The position numbers were made by a program, and so were the translations under genes. A stretch of DNA of 58,546 bases, counting the filler, from a bacterium (GTDB taxonomy: Bacteria > UBP15 > UBA6099 > JAJRTR01): the NCBI GenBank assembly GCA_024278215.1. It is 3 parts of 3 records of this genome, joined end to end, with 100 filler letters (N's around TTAATTAATTAA, not from the genome) between each part and the next. Parts side by side here need not be neighbours in the genome. Positions count along the whole stretch, not along the records: positions 1 to 17,255 come from JAJRTR010000013.1; 2 more parts are not named here. One strand, 5' to 3'. Positions 1 through 9,808 of this stretch are shown piece by piece. Numbering within the stretch: the first letter of the stretch is position 1; each line of letters begins with the position of its first letter. The notes beneath the pieces are model-generated. The model was not told the DNA's origin, searched no databases, and worked only from the letters and a program-made list of their open reading frames with translations.

Positions 1-1
1 G

Positions 2-112
2 CTCCTGTGCGCGAAATATGTGCTCATTATCGCTCTTTTCGCGAGCCTGATGTTGTCGCTGACGCTGGAAAAAACGGGCGCTGCCGCGACCGGTGGAACC
101 GGTGATAAATAA
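2..112 (+). CDS. 3' end of a gene running in from the left edge (hydrophobic C-terminus)
   Basis: Open frame LLCAKYVLIIALFASLMLSLTLEKTG...GDK* ends at TAA 110-112, one base before the ATG at 114. Confidence 0.55.
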   Translation, partial: LLCAKYVLIIALFASLMLSLTLEKTGAAATGGTGDK

Positions 113-113
113 G

Positions 114-1271
114 ATGATAAACGACGGCGAAACAGACCGGACGATGATCCCATACAGAAAGATATTCATCCTTTTTCTTATCACGCGAATAATCACATTC
201 GCCGCCGCTTCATTTATTTATCTTAAATATCCGGCACCCGCCGCGCCGCTGCCGGACAGCACAATGTGGCGCGGACATCATACGAAACAAAACACGCTGC
301 TCGAACCCTGGCGGCGGTGGGACGCGCTCTGGTTTATAAACGTCTCTCGCGAAGGCTACAGCTACGAGCGCGACCGCCAGTCGAACATAACGGTATTCCC
401 GCTGTATCCGGCCGCGCTGAAGATAACGACGTTTTTCGCGGGCAATCAAGTCGCCGCCGGGCTGATTGTGTCAAACGTCTGTCTGTTGCTTTTGTCTTTC
501 GTTCTGTTCGGGCTCGCCGCCCGTGAAGCGGGTGAAAACGCGGCCTGGGGAGCGGTGTTTTTCCTCTATGCGTTTCCGTCTTCGTTCATATTATCGGGAG
601 TATACAGCGAATCGCTTTTCCTGCTGGCGGCAGTATCGACTTTTTATTTCGCGCGGAGGCGGCTCTGGCTTTGTGCGGGCGCTGCGGCGGCGGCAGCCTC
701 CGCCACGCGCCTTGCAGGTTTCATTCTTGCACCTGCGCTTGCGCTCGAATTCATTATTTACGCGACGGCGAACAGAGGAAACAAAGCTGATAAGACAGAC
801 TGGGCGGCGGGCCTCGCCGGACTGGCCGTCGCGCCGCTCGGCGGACTCGCGTTTTTCTTTTTCCTTTACTTCCTCACCGGTGAAACATCGTCATATTTTG
901 AAGCCCAGAGACACTGGGGGCACTCGCTCACCTCGCCGTTTTTCTCTCTCGCCTACGAGACAGGCATGTCACAGAATTTCTCCACGGTACTCGCGACCGG
1001 AACAGCGCTCGTCTTCATCTCCTGCGGCATCATAGCCACATACAGGATTTCCGTATCGCAGGGGCTGTATTCACTCGCCGTGCTTCTCGTCGCCATGAGC
1101 GCCACATCTCTGTCGGGCCTGCCCAGGTACGCGCTCGCGGCATTTCCCGTATTCATCGTTTTCGGTGCGGCGTTCCGGCACACGACGGTACGCATCGTCA
1201 CGCTTACAGCGCTCGCCGCGGCCCAGGCATACTGCCTCTACCTCTTCGTCACCTGGCGACTCTCTTTCTGA
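114..1271 (+). CDS. GT-C fold membrane glycosyltransferase (PIG-V/mannosyltransferase-like)
   Basis: Motifs RWDALWF..GY, FPLYP, YSESLF, Q.HWG and RY; many TM helices; ATG 114 follows the upstream stop. Confidence 0.85.
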   Translation: MINDGETDRTMIPYRKIFILFLITRIITFAAASFIYLKYPAPAAPLPDSTMWRGHHTKQNTLLEPWRRWDALWFINVSREGYSYERDRQSNITVFPLYPAALKITTFFAGNQVAAGLIVSNVCLLLLSFVLFGLAAREAGENAAWGAVFFLYAFPSSFILSGVYSESLFLLAAVSTFYFARRRLWLCAGAAAAAASATRLAGFILAPALALEFIIYATANRGNKADKTDWAAGLAGLAVAPLGGLAFFFFLYFLTGETSSYFEAQRHWGHSLTSPFFSLAYETGMSQNFSTVLATGTALVFISCGIIATYRISVSQGLYSLAVLLVAMSATSLSGLPRYALAAFPVFIVFGAAFRHTTVRIVTLTALAAAQAYCLYLFVTWRLSF

Positions 1272-1298
1272 CACCCCGTCCGCCCGATACAAAGTATT

Positions 1299-1477
1299 GA
1301 GCCAATTGCAAAATTATGTTCGTAGCGAGGCCGAACGAAATTTTTCAGAAGCAAGGCGGAGGTGCAAAATCCCCGCAGGCGTACTCGTCGAGTACGTTGA
1401 GGATGATTTTGTGCCGACAACGCGGCTATGGACAATTGCAGCCGACCGCAGCCGAATCAGAATTTTGCAATTGGCTC
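1299..1477 (+). mobile_element. MITE family A, copy 1
   Basis: TIR GAGCCAATTGCAAAATT...AATTTTGCAATTGGCTC; TSD TATT/TATT. Confidence 0.92.
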
Positions 1478-1696
1478 TATTGCACTTTGCAAAAGAGCTG
1501 GTTTGATTCTTACAAAATATTAAGGAAAGTTTAAGTTGACTAATACCCTCGTCCGGGGATATAACGGAAATATGATAAGTTTTCCGAATCGAATCAGATT
1601 TATTCCGAAATACACAACAAGGTGTCGAGATCAATTGATATTTTTCTTTCGGTCGTGGTCTGAAACAGAAACAGTATGTGAGAGGAGGTGAGTCTA

Positions 1697-2074
1697 ATGC
1701 AGATAACATTTGACCCCAGCGCCGTTGCCATGCCTTTATATCTGCCCGGACAGCAACAGGGATTACAGCAGATGCAACAGAGCGTAGGTAAAAGCGAGAA
1801 CCCCGCGGAAGAAGCCGCTGAACCCCGCGATTGTATTTTCGACCGTTTTTACCGTGTAGACAAGGCGCGCTCGCGGGAGATGGGCGGTGCGGGGCGGGGG
1901 TTGTCTTTCGCCCGCCGGGCTGTCGAAGCCAATGGGGGGAACATCGAAGAGGAAACCACAGAGGGAAAAGGTGAAAAGAAATGGAAAAACCATACAATCG
2001 AGTTAAGTCGATTCCTCTATCGGACATTGCTGTTTTTGTTGCGGTTTGCTGGATTGTCGCCGCACTTTTATTAA
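1697..2074 (+). pseudogene. Chimeric remnant: short Gln-rich N-terminus fused to a histidine kinase HATPase C-terminal fragment
   Basis: Strong RBS AGGAGGTG before ATG 1697; [30 protein letters not shown] matches the F and G2 boxes; H, N and G1 boxes are absent. Confidence 0.7.
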
Positions 2075-3348
2075 GTCCCTTTTTCGGGATCAACTGGTTT
2101 GCACCGGGTGATTTCAGCTATTCGGACGCCATGTACTATCACGGTGTCATGGTACCGGTTCTGATCCTTCTCTATCTTATAACACAGAAAACGCTCCACC
2201 TGAAAGTAGTGAATGAGCGAGTCTATTATGTGTGCGCGATACTTGCCGTCCTGTTCGTCGGCGCCGGGTCCGTCTTCAGTAGCGACGAAGGAATGTCCAC
2301 CGCCGTCATTGTTCAGATCATCGGCATGGTAATGACCGATTGCCTCGGTATAATCCTGTTGATCGGCATGGCGGCCCCAGCCCTGAAAAAGGATGCGAAA
2401 GAGAGAAAAACAGGTGCGGCGTTCCGGCTTCTGTTTTTCTCGATCGGCATGATTCTTATCGCAGCGCCTTTCGGACACCTTGCCGGATGGTGTCACGACA
2501 TAGGGATCGGAACCGTCCCCGGAACAAACGCACTGCTTAACACCGTCGGTATGACCCCGGCCGATTTCCAGGATGGGCTTACGGCATCTCACTCGCACCT
2601 TATTGTTGCCGCTCTTCTGTGTGGTCTGGCCGCTGTAGCGGCTATTTATTTCCAGTATCAGGCCCGCGCCGGCTGGAGAAAACGCATAAGCGACACCGGC
2701 TTATGGGTAACGCTTATCAGTCTCCTGTCGGCAACAGGCATTTATGTTGTTTCCGCTGTGATCGGCTGGGAGCCTCCGACGTTTTTCGTGTCGGGTCCAA
2801 GCGGCATTCCGCTCGACGACATAGTCTTATCAGCCGGACAAATCGGCATACTTCTGCTTATGGTGGGGCTTTCCGGGCGTTTGGAGCACAAAGGCGGGAA
2901 ATCATTTTCTCCACTCAAGGCAGACATTCGTATCGCCGTTTTCGTCAACTGGATAGCCGGATTCGCGGGCTCGGTACTGCCGGGCATCTTCATAGAACTC
3001 AACGAAGGCTTTTACGGAGCAGGTGAATCCCCGGCGCCCGGCGCTCTTAACGATAACATTTTTATACGTGCACACCTGCTGTACTCGTTTTTCCTTCTGC
3101 CTGTGTTCCTTGCTGTTCTGCTTGCCGTCGGAAGCAAATACAACAACCGCCCGGAACGACACACGTGGGCGAGGCTCTTTGCACGGGCCTCGGTTTTCGG
3201 CATGGCCACCGGGCTGGCAGGTGAGATACTGTGGTTTACAACTAACATTGACGGTTTTTTTGTCGCCGCCGTGTTTATTATGGTTGTCACACTTACAGCA
3301 GGTATAATAAGCCTGTGGCCTTGTGCGGATGCAAGTGATTTGGGATAG
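1981..3348 (+). CDS. Polytopic membrane protein of unknown function with several membrane-proximal His
   Basis: 455 aa, roughly 12 hydrophobic segments; [24 protein letters not shown]. Confidence 0.8.
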   Translation: MEKPYNRVKSIPLSDIAVFVAVCWIVAALLLSPFFGINWFAPGDFSYSDAMYYHGVMVPVLILLYLITQKTLHLKVVNERVYYVCAILAVLFVGAGSVFSSDEGMSTAVIVQIIGMVMTDCLGIILLIGMAAPALKKDAKERKTGAAFRLLFFSIGMILIAAPFGHLAGWCHDIGIGTVPGTNALLNTVGMTPADFQDGLTASHSHLIVAALLCGLAAVAAIYFQYQARAGWRKRISDTGLWVTLISLLSATGIYVVSAVIGWEPPTFFVSGPSGIPLDDIVLSAGQIGILLLMVGLSGRLEHKGGKSFSPLKADIRIAVFVNWIAGFAGSVLPGIFIELNEGFYGAGESPAPGALNDNIFIRAHLLYSFFLLPVFLAVLLAVGSKYNNRPERHTWARLFARASVFGMATGLAGEILWFTTNIDGFFVAAVFIMVVTLTAGIISLWPCADASDLG

Positions 3349-3450
3349 GCCCTTCAGGACGATCCCGTGCCGACATGCCGTCGCAAAAACTTTATGGCAA
3401 AAGCCGGTGAGTTCAGTAGAATAAACGATAAGCAGAAGGAGGCTTCAAAC

Positions 3451-4470
3451 ATGAAGAAGATTATGGTAGTAATCGCCATTACCGCCGCGGTGGCGATCCT
3501 GGGTTTAGGGTGCAGCGGAAAGTCGGCGAACAATAAAACCGTCACCGTCTACGTCTCCGAAGACCAGGTCTTCTCGGAACCCATACTCAAGGACTTCGAG
3601 AAAGAAACCGGCATAAAAGTCAAAGCGGTTTACGACACGGAAGAGGCAAAGAGCACCGGTTCCATGAACCGCCTTATCGCCGAGAAGAGCAACCCGCAGG
3701 CCGATGTCTACTGGGCCAATGAGCCGATTCGTGCGGAAGTTCTTAAACATAAGGGAGTCTCGGCTCCGTACACTTCCCCGAACGCCGCGGATATTCCGAA
3801 TGTATTTAAGGACCCGGAGGGATACTGGACAGGTTTTTCGGCCAGGGCCAGGGTGCTTGTCGTCAACAAAAACGTAAAAGACAAGCCGCAATCCATCAGC
3901 GCCTACACGGACCCGCGCTGGAAAGGGCGGGCGGTTATCGCCAATCCGCTTTTCGGAACTACAACGTCCGAAGTCGCCGCTCTGTTCACCATCTGGGGAG
4001 ACGAAAAGGCGAAGGCGTTCATGGCCGGAATGAAAAAAAACGGTGTCGCGGTATCAACAAATAACGGCGAAAGCGCGGATTTTGTCGCCGCGGGGCAATA
4101 TGATTTCAGTCTCGTGGACAGCGACGACGCGGTGAACCGCATTAGACAGGGTAAACCCATTGAAATGATCTACCCGGACCAGGGGCCGACCGGCCTGGGC
4201 GCTTTCATCGTGCCCAACGCCGTTCTCCTCATCAAGGGTGCGCCGCACCTGGAAAACGCAAAAATATTGATCGACTACCTGCTCTCAAAAGCGACGGAAC
4301 GCAAGCTGGCATTCGCAGACTGCGCACAGATTCCCCTGCACCCTGGTGTCGAGCTGCCTCCGGAAGTCAAGCCTGTCGAGAGCATCAGGGTTATGAAGGT
4401 CGATTATGCCGATGTCGCGGCAAAGATGGTCGACACACAGCCAATGCTTAAAGAGTGGATGGGGCTCTGA
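3451..4470 (+). CDS. Fe3+-type ABC transporter substrate-binding lipoprotein (FbpA/AfuA-like)
   Basis: RBS AAGGAGG; lipobox LGLGC; EK.NPQADVYW and WTGFSARARV. Confidence 0.88.
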   Translation: MKKIMVVIAITAAVAILGLGCSGKSANNKTVTVYVSEDQVFSEPILKDFEKETGIKVKAVYDTEEAKSTGSMNRLIAEKSNPQADVYWANEPIRAEVLKHKGVSAPYTSPNAADIPNVFKDPEGYWTGFSARARVLVVNKNVKDKPQSISAYTDPRWKGRAVIANPLFGTTTSEVAALFTIWGDEKAKAFMAGMKKNGVAVSTNNGESADFVAAGQYDFSLVDSDDAVNRIRQGKPIEMIYPDQGPTGLGAFIVPNAVLLIKGAPHLENAKILIDYLLSKATERKLAFADCAQIPLHPGVELPPEVKPVESIRVMKVDYADVAAKMVDTQPMLKEWMGL

Positions 4471-6057
4471 ATGGCAAGACGCGCCACACTCGCAACCGCC
4501 GCCATATTGCTTGTTGTAATCGGTCTTGCGCCTGTGGCCGCCATGCTTGTTAAAAGTGTGGTGGCAGATGGGCATTTCAGCCTTGCGGCCTACAGCGGGC
4601 TGCTGTCCTCCGGCCACGAGTGGCGTCTTGTTAATCACAGTTTCCTTTTGTCGACGATCGTCACATTATCCGCTACGGCGGTGGGATTGCCGCTGGGGAT
4701 ATTACTCTCAAAAACAGACCTTCCGTTTCGCCGGTTTTTTACCTTCATTTTTATTATTCCGCTGCTGGTCCCGCCATACATTACCGCAGTCTCATGGTTC
4801 TACCTCCTGGGCAAGGAAGGCTTTCTTACAAGGCATCTCAGCCCGTCCCTGGCGGAAGCCGTCAGTGGGCGTCTTTTCGGACTGCCCGGCTGTGTGCTTG
4901 TGCTGTTTTCCACTTTCCTGCCTGTTGTGATGTTGCTGACCATGACATGTCTCAGGACCGTCAATCCGCGACTTGAAGAAGCGGGGCGGCTTGTTGCCGG
5001 CTGGCCGGGTGTTCTCAAAGGGATCGTCATACCCCTGATCCTTCCGGGTGTTCTGCTGGCCGCGATGCTTGTATTTCTGCTGACATTCGGCGAATTCGGC
5101 GTGCCCGGATTCCTCAGGTACGACGTCTTCCCGGTGGAAAGTTTTACCCAGTTTTCCGCCTTTTACAACTTCGGAGCGGCGACGGCGGCAGCAGTCCCAC
5201 TCGCCGTTGTCACATTCCTGATTATCGGTGCGGAAAAGCTTTTTCTCCGCTAAAGAACATACCAGTTGCGGCCCGTCACAGACGGCGAACGATTACCTTT
5301 GATAGAACTCGGCCGTTACCGGAAACAGATGTTCATTACGGTTGGATTGTTCTGTTTTCTGATCGTGATCATGCCGATACTCGTGCTTGTCGCCCAATCG
5401 GCACATCTTTCCGCCTATGTCGAAGCATTCGGCAGGGCTGAGGACAGTCTTTTGCGCAGCATGGCCTACGCCGCCGCGGGCGCATCGCTGCTCGTCCTGC
5501 TCGGCTTCTTCTCCGGCTATCTCATACACACCAGAGCGCTGCCTTTCTGGCGCGGCGTCGATTCGATAACCATATTCCTTTTCGCCCTTCCAGGTACTGT
5601 TATCGGTATCGGACTGATCAGCTTATGGAACAGGCCGTGGACAAACTTTATCTATGCGACCCCGGCGATTATAATCCTCGGCTACCTTGCCAGGTACACC
5701 GCTCTCACAAGCCGGATCACCGTGTCCGCACTCGGCCTGATCCCGCCCTCGATGGAGGAAGCCGCGCAGATAGCGGGCGCGGGATGGCCCCGGCGTATGG
5801 CGATAATCGTCGCGCCCATGACAAAGACAGGCCTTGCGCTCGGCTGGCTTGTCGGTTACATCTTCTGCCTCCGGGACATGGGCATCACCATGATGGTCTA
5901 TCCTCCCGGCCACGACACACTGCCGGTCCGCATCTTCACGCTCATGGCCAACGGTTCGCCGGAACTCATAGCCGCCCTCTGCGTGCTCATGATCTCCGCC
6001 ACGCTCCTGCCTTTAACCGCGGGAGGAATAATATTCAGTCTGAGAGGTAATCATTGA
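4471..6057 (+). pseudogene. Fe3+ ABC permease (FbpB-like) interrupted by an in-frame TAA at 5251-5253; may be expressed as two half-permeases
   Basis: ORFs 4471-5253 and 5266-6057 share a frame; each half has one EAA motif (LEEAGRLVAG, MEEAAQIAGA). Confidence 0.75.
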
Positions 6058-6770
6058 ACATCATCGAGTTTGAAAACGTGACAAAACATTACAGCGGCCA
6101 AACAGCGCTGCACGACTTTTCGCTGGCGGTTGCCGAGGGCGAGCGCATCGTTATCCTCGGCCCTTCCGGTTGCGGAAAAACCACCGTGCTCCGGCTTCTG
6201 GCAGGATTCATTCCCCCTGATTCCGGGGCAATAAAAATAGCGGGTGAAACAGTTGCCGCCGATGGCAGAACCCTGAAAGAACCGGAGCGGCGCAATCTGG
6301 GAATGGTGTTTCAGGACCTGGCGCTCTGGCCGCATCTGACAGTAAAGGGAAACCTGGAGTTCGGCCTGAAGGCGAGAGGCGTGCCGAAAGCCGAAAGAGA
6401 AAACCGCATCTGCACAATACTGGGGCTTGTGCAGATGGAAGAATACGCCGGCGTCCGACCGGCGAATCTGTCGGGCGGTCAGCAGCAGCGCGTCGCTCTC
6501 GCCCGCGCGCTGGTATTGAATCCCCGCGCGCTCCTCATGGATGAACCTCTCTCCAGCCTCGATCTTGAACTCAATATACGACTCAGAAAAGAAATCCTCG
6601 AACTCCACAACAACATCGGGTTTACACTTCTCTATGTCACCCACGACCACGACGAGGCTTTCGACATCGGCACACGCATCGTGATTATGAAAGACGGAAA
6701 TATTGATATGGCCGGTTCAGTCGAAGAGAGCCGCGAGTATTTCGAGCGGACAGGCCCGAATCTCTGTTAA
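6054..6770 (+). CDS. ABC transporter ATP-binding subunit (FbpC-like, short)
   Basis: GPSGCGKT, LSGGQQQRV, LLMDEP and VTHD; TTGA overlap with the permease stop. Confidence 0.93.
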   Translation: MNIIEFENVTKHYSGQTALHDFSLAVAEGERIVILGPSGCGKTTVLRLLAGFIPPDSGAIKIAGETVAADGRTLKEPERRNLGMVFQDLALWPHLTVKGNLEFGLKARGVPKAERENRICTILGLVQMEEYAGVRPANLSGGQQQRVALARALVLNPRALLMDEPLSSLDLELNIRLRKEILELHNNIGFTLLYVTHDHDEAFDIGTRIVIMKDGNIDMAGSVEESREYFERTGPNLC

Positions 6771-7016
6771 TGCGAAAAAACCGACTCTTCAGAACGAACC
6801 GCATCCGACCGATGAAATTCAGAATCCGGATAATAAGGAAACCGGACGCTCCGGTGTCCTGTAGATGATGAAAGATAAGAGATCGTTCATGAACATCCTC
6901 ACGCCTTCGAAGCGGCGCGGCGGGTTTGAAGGGAACAGAGACAGAGAGTACAATAGTAAGAGACGCTGTTTTCGGCAGTTGCCGTGCAGCACCGGTCCGA
7001 ACAGGAAGCCAGCGTT

Positions 7017-7709
7017 ATGCCTTCATACGAAAAAAAAGAATCGCCGCCTCTCTTCAAATGTACGGAAGTGCTCGGTCTTTGCCGTGCTATGTGTTGCAAA
7101 CTCGGTGGCGGCGTGGCGCTCACTCCCGATGAGATCAGGTCGGGCAAATACCTGATGGAGTACCTCTGTATCGAAAAGAAGGAACAATGCACAAAAGACA
7201 TCGAGTGCTACCACAAGATTGTCCAGCTTAAAACAGAAAACGGAATATGCGTATATCTCGGCGATGACGACCACTGCACGATATATGAAGACAGGCCGCG
7301 GATGTGCCGCAACTACCTGTGTTCCACAGGCCACTGGAACGACTGGAAAAAGGACGTGCGGAACTATGTCGACCGCGAGTTGCTGAGGCTGAACCCCGAG
7401 CTGGTTTTCACGCACAACCCGGTGCGGCGGCTCTCGGCGGCTTTTCTTGTGCCCGATGAAAAAAGGATATTCCTTCTGGTGAACGACCGTAGCCTCTGCG
7501 ACGATGTCATGTACGGCGGCGAGTTCGAGTGGCCGGCGGCGGCGGCTTCCGATGTCGAAGCTGTTTATAAATCATTCGACGGCCTGAAGACACTAGGCGA
7601 CATCGAGCGAGGGATCGCAGACAGGATGGGCGCCGGTTCGGTCGAAGGATTCCGGCGCCTTGTGTTGCTTCTCACAGGCCAACATCTCCTGATAAATCTG
7701 ATGCGGTAG
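7017..7709 (+). CDS. YkgJ-family Cys-cluster (Zn/Fe-chelating) protein
   Basis: C..LC.AMCC N-terminal cluster and C.YL....CTIYEDRPRMCRNY.C. Confidence 0.8.
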   Translation: MPSYEKKESPPLFKCTEVLGLCRAMCCKLGGGVALTPDEIRSGKYLMEYLCIEKKEQCTKDIECYHKIVQLKTENGICVYLGDDDHCTIYEDRPRMCRNYLCSTGHWNDWKKDVRNYVDRELLRLNPELVFTHNPVRRLSAAFLVPDEKRIFLLVNDRSLCDDVMYGGEFEWPAAAASDVEAVYKSFDGLKTLGDIERGIADRMGAGSVEGFRRLVLLLTGQHLLINLMR

Positions 7710-7728
7710 CACGGTTTTTTCGATGGCG

Positions 7729-8457
7729 TTACTTCGTCAGGGCGCTGCCGATGATTTCCTTCACCTTCGCCATTAGTTCGCCCATATTTTCCAGAGAGTA
7801 GCCGTTGATGTCGACAGGCTTGTGAATCGTCATCGACGCGCGGCCCGGAAACAGCGCCCATGTCGTGGGCGGCAGTATCCGCATAGTTCCGTCCAGCGTC
7901 ACCGGCAGAATCGGCAGTCCCATTTCAAGCGCCATGTAGAACGCCCCTTTTTTGAATTCGCCCAGTTTCCCCGTCATGCTTCTTGTGCCCTCGGCGAAGA
8001 ACATCATGGACACGCCGCCCCTGATGCGTTCTTTCGCTTCGGCGATGGATTTTATAGCCGCCTCGGTGTTGGAGCGGTCGACGAAAACATTACCGACCCG
8101 CACACTTGAATAGCCGAGGAAGGGGACTTTGCGCAATTGTTTCTTCATCACCCAGCGCAGGTTCATCTTCAGGTGTCCGAAGATCGACAGCATGTCGTAG
8201 ACGCTCTGGTGGTTCGCCACAACGACATAAGATTGCGCATGGTCGATATGCTCCCGGCCCGTGACCGTGAGAAACATTGGTGTGATGCCGCAGACGAACC
8301 GTGCCCACCAGCCGCCGAAAAACATGCACGCCACCTTTTTGCTGAAGTACGAAGCGATAATCGCGCTCGTTCCGAAAACCGCCATAGATATGCCTACCAT
8401 CGGGATAACAAACAGCCACTTGTACGGCTGGTATAAAACACGCCAGAATGTATTCAT
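7729..8457 (-). CDS. plsC: 1-acyl-sn-glycerol-3-phosphate acyltransferase
   Basis: NHQSVYD, FVDR, FAEGTRS and FKKGAF motifs. Confidence 0.9.
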   Translation of the reverse strand: MNTFWRVLYQPYKWLFVIPMVGISMAVFGTSAIIASYFSKKVACMFFGGWWARFVCGITPMFLTVTGREHIDHAQSYVVVANHQSVYDMLSIFGHLKMNLRWVMKKQLRKVPFLGYSSVRVGNVFVDRSNTEAAIKSIAEAKERIRGGVSMMFFAEGTRSMTGKLGEFKKGAFYMALEMGLPILPVTLDGTMRILPPTTWALFPGRASMTIHKPVDINGYSLENMGELMAKVKEIIGSALTK

Positions 8458-8603
8458 TTCAAATCGCCCTGCGTCTCTTCGTTTTTCAACTATGGATGAA
8501 AAACCGTGAAAATAAAATCAATATACCAATTATGTAATAAAACGTAATCTCAATTTTCAGCCTGGGATAGCTCCACGTTGAACCCGGTTATTCTACACTA
8601 TAT

Positions 8604-8819
8604 TTGCTAAAAGGAAAAGAGTTTCAGCGGCAAAAGTCAAATGCAAAGAAGCATATCAGGATACGCGCAGGCGTCGAAGCGACAAACAGCGGACTCGAAC
8701 GCCGCCACGGACTGGCCCGGCTGGAAGTCCGTGGCCCATCTCAGGCAGAACCGGCCGTATACACGAAAACAACCGCCTGCAACATAAAGCGCTACCTTCA
8801 GTATGCGCTGAAAAAATGA
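8604..8819 (+). pseudogene. C-terminal fragment of a DDE transposase (IS1182/IS5-like)
   Basis: RAGVEATNS.L.RRHGL.RL.VRG...K..ACNIKR resembles the third-acidic-residue region; no N-terminal part present. Confidence 0.7.
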
Positions 8820-8827
8820 TTATCATA

Positions 8828-9005
8828 GAGCCAGTTGCAAAATTATGTTCGGAGCGAGGTCGAACGAAATTGTTCAGAGCAAGACGGATGTGTAAAATCC
8901 CCGCAGGTGTACTTTTAGAGTACGTCGAGGACGATTTTATGCCGGCAACGCAGCTATGGACAATTGCAGCCGACCGCAGCCGAATCAGAATTTTGCAACT
9001 GGCTC
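8828..9005 (+). mobile_element. MITE family A, copy 2
   Basis: TIR variant GAGCCAGTTGC/GCAACTGGCTC, with both ends changed in a compensatory way; TSD CATA/CATA. Confidence 0.92.
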
Positions 9006-9043
9006 CATAGAAAATCCTGAATTATTGGGCAATACTATTACAG

Positions 9044-9808
9044 ATGGCAGAAGAGAGATTGCAGAAGATACTTGCCGCCTGCGGGCTGGGCTCGCGCCGC
9101 GCGTGCGAGGGCCTGATATTCGCGGGGCGCGTCAGCGTCAACGGCGAAGTGGTCGTCGCACCGGGCACAAAAGCGGCGGCAGGCGTCGATAGAATCACTG
9201 TCGACGGCAAAGAGGTCAGGCCGCAGCAGCATGTCTACATCATGCTCAACAAGCCCGCCGACTGCCTTTGCGCGGCACGGGACCACAGGGGCAGGAAAAC
9301 AGTAATGGATTATGTGTGCGATGCACCGGTGCGTGTGTTTCATGTGGGCCGCCTCGATTACGACACGGAAGGGCTCCTGCTGTTCACGAACGACGGCGCT
9401 TTCAGCCAGCGGGTCACGCATCCGCGCCACAAAGTATTTAAAACATACAGGGCCGTTGTCAGGGGAGTGCCGGACGAAGAGACGCTGGACCGTCTGCGCG
9501 CCGGTATTGAACTCGACGACGGGCCGACAGCGCCCGCCGTACTGCGGCTGATCGGGACAACCACCGCAAAGGTGCGGCGCGTGAAAAAGAAAAATCGGCC
9601 ACCGGAAGAAATTGATGCCTCCGACATCGAGATAAAGATACGCGAGGGCCGCAAACGGCAGGTGAAGCGCATGTTGCGCGCGGTGGGCCATCCCGTGATC
9701 AGCCTGCGGCGAACCGCTATCGGGTCGCTCGAACTCGGCTCGCTCCCCTGCGGCCAGTGGATGCAGTTGACAAAGAGTGAAGCGGAGTCCGCACTGAAAA
9801 ATGAATAA
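9044..9808 (+). CDS. rluB: rRNA pseudouridine synthase, RsuA/RluB family
   Basis: S4 domain ERLQKILA..G.GSRR; LNKP, VGRLDYDTEGLLL and EGRKRQVKRM. Confidence 0.88.
   Translation: MAEERLQKILAACGLGSRRACEGLIFAGRVSVNGEVVVAPGTKAAAGVDRITVDGKEVRPQQHVYIMLNKPADCLCAARDHRGRKTVMDYVCDAPVRVFHVGRLDYDTEGLLLFTNDGAFSQRVTHPRHKVFKTYRAVVRGVPDEETLDRLRAGIELDDGPTAPAVLRLIGTTTAKVRRVKKKNRPPEEIDASDIEIKIREGRKRQVKRMLRAVGHPVISLRRTAIGSLELGSLPCGQWMQLTKSEAESALKNE

Noticed and set aside
1165-1534. Recurring small ORF family (ARRRCKIPAGVLVEYVEDDF...)
   Set aside because: Translations of MITE-A with no consistent start or RBS; frames shift between copies
5251-5253. Stop-codon recoding or an alternative genetic code
   Set aside because: TAA, TAG and TGA all end normal genes here, and this is a single TAA
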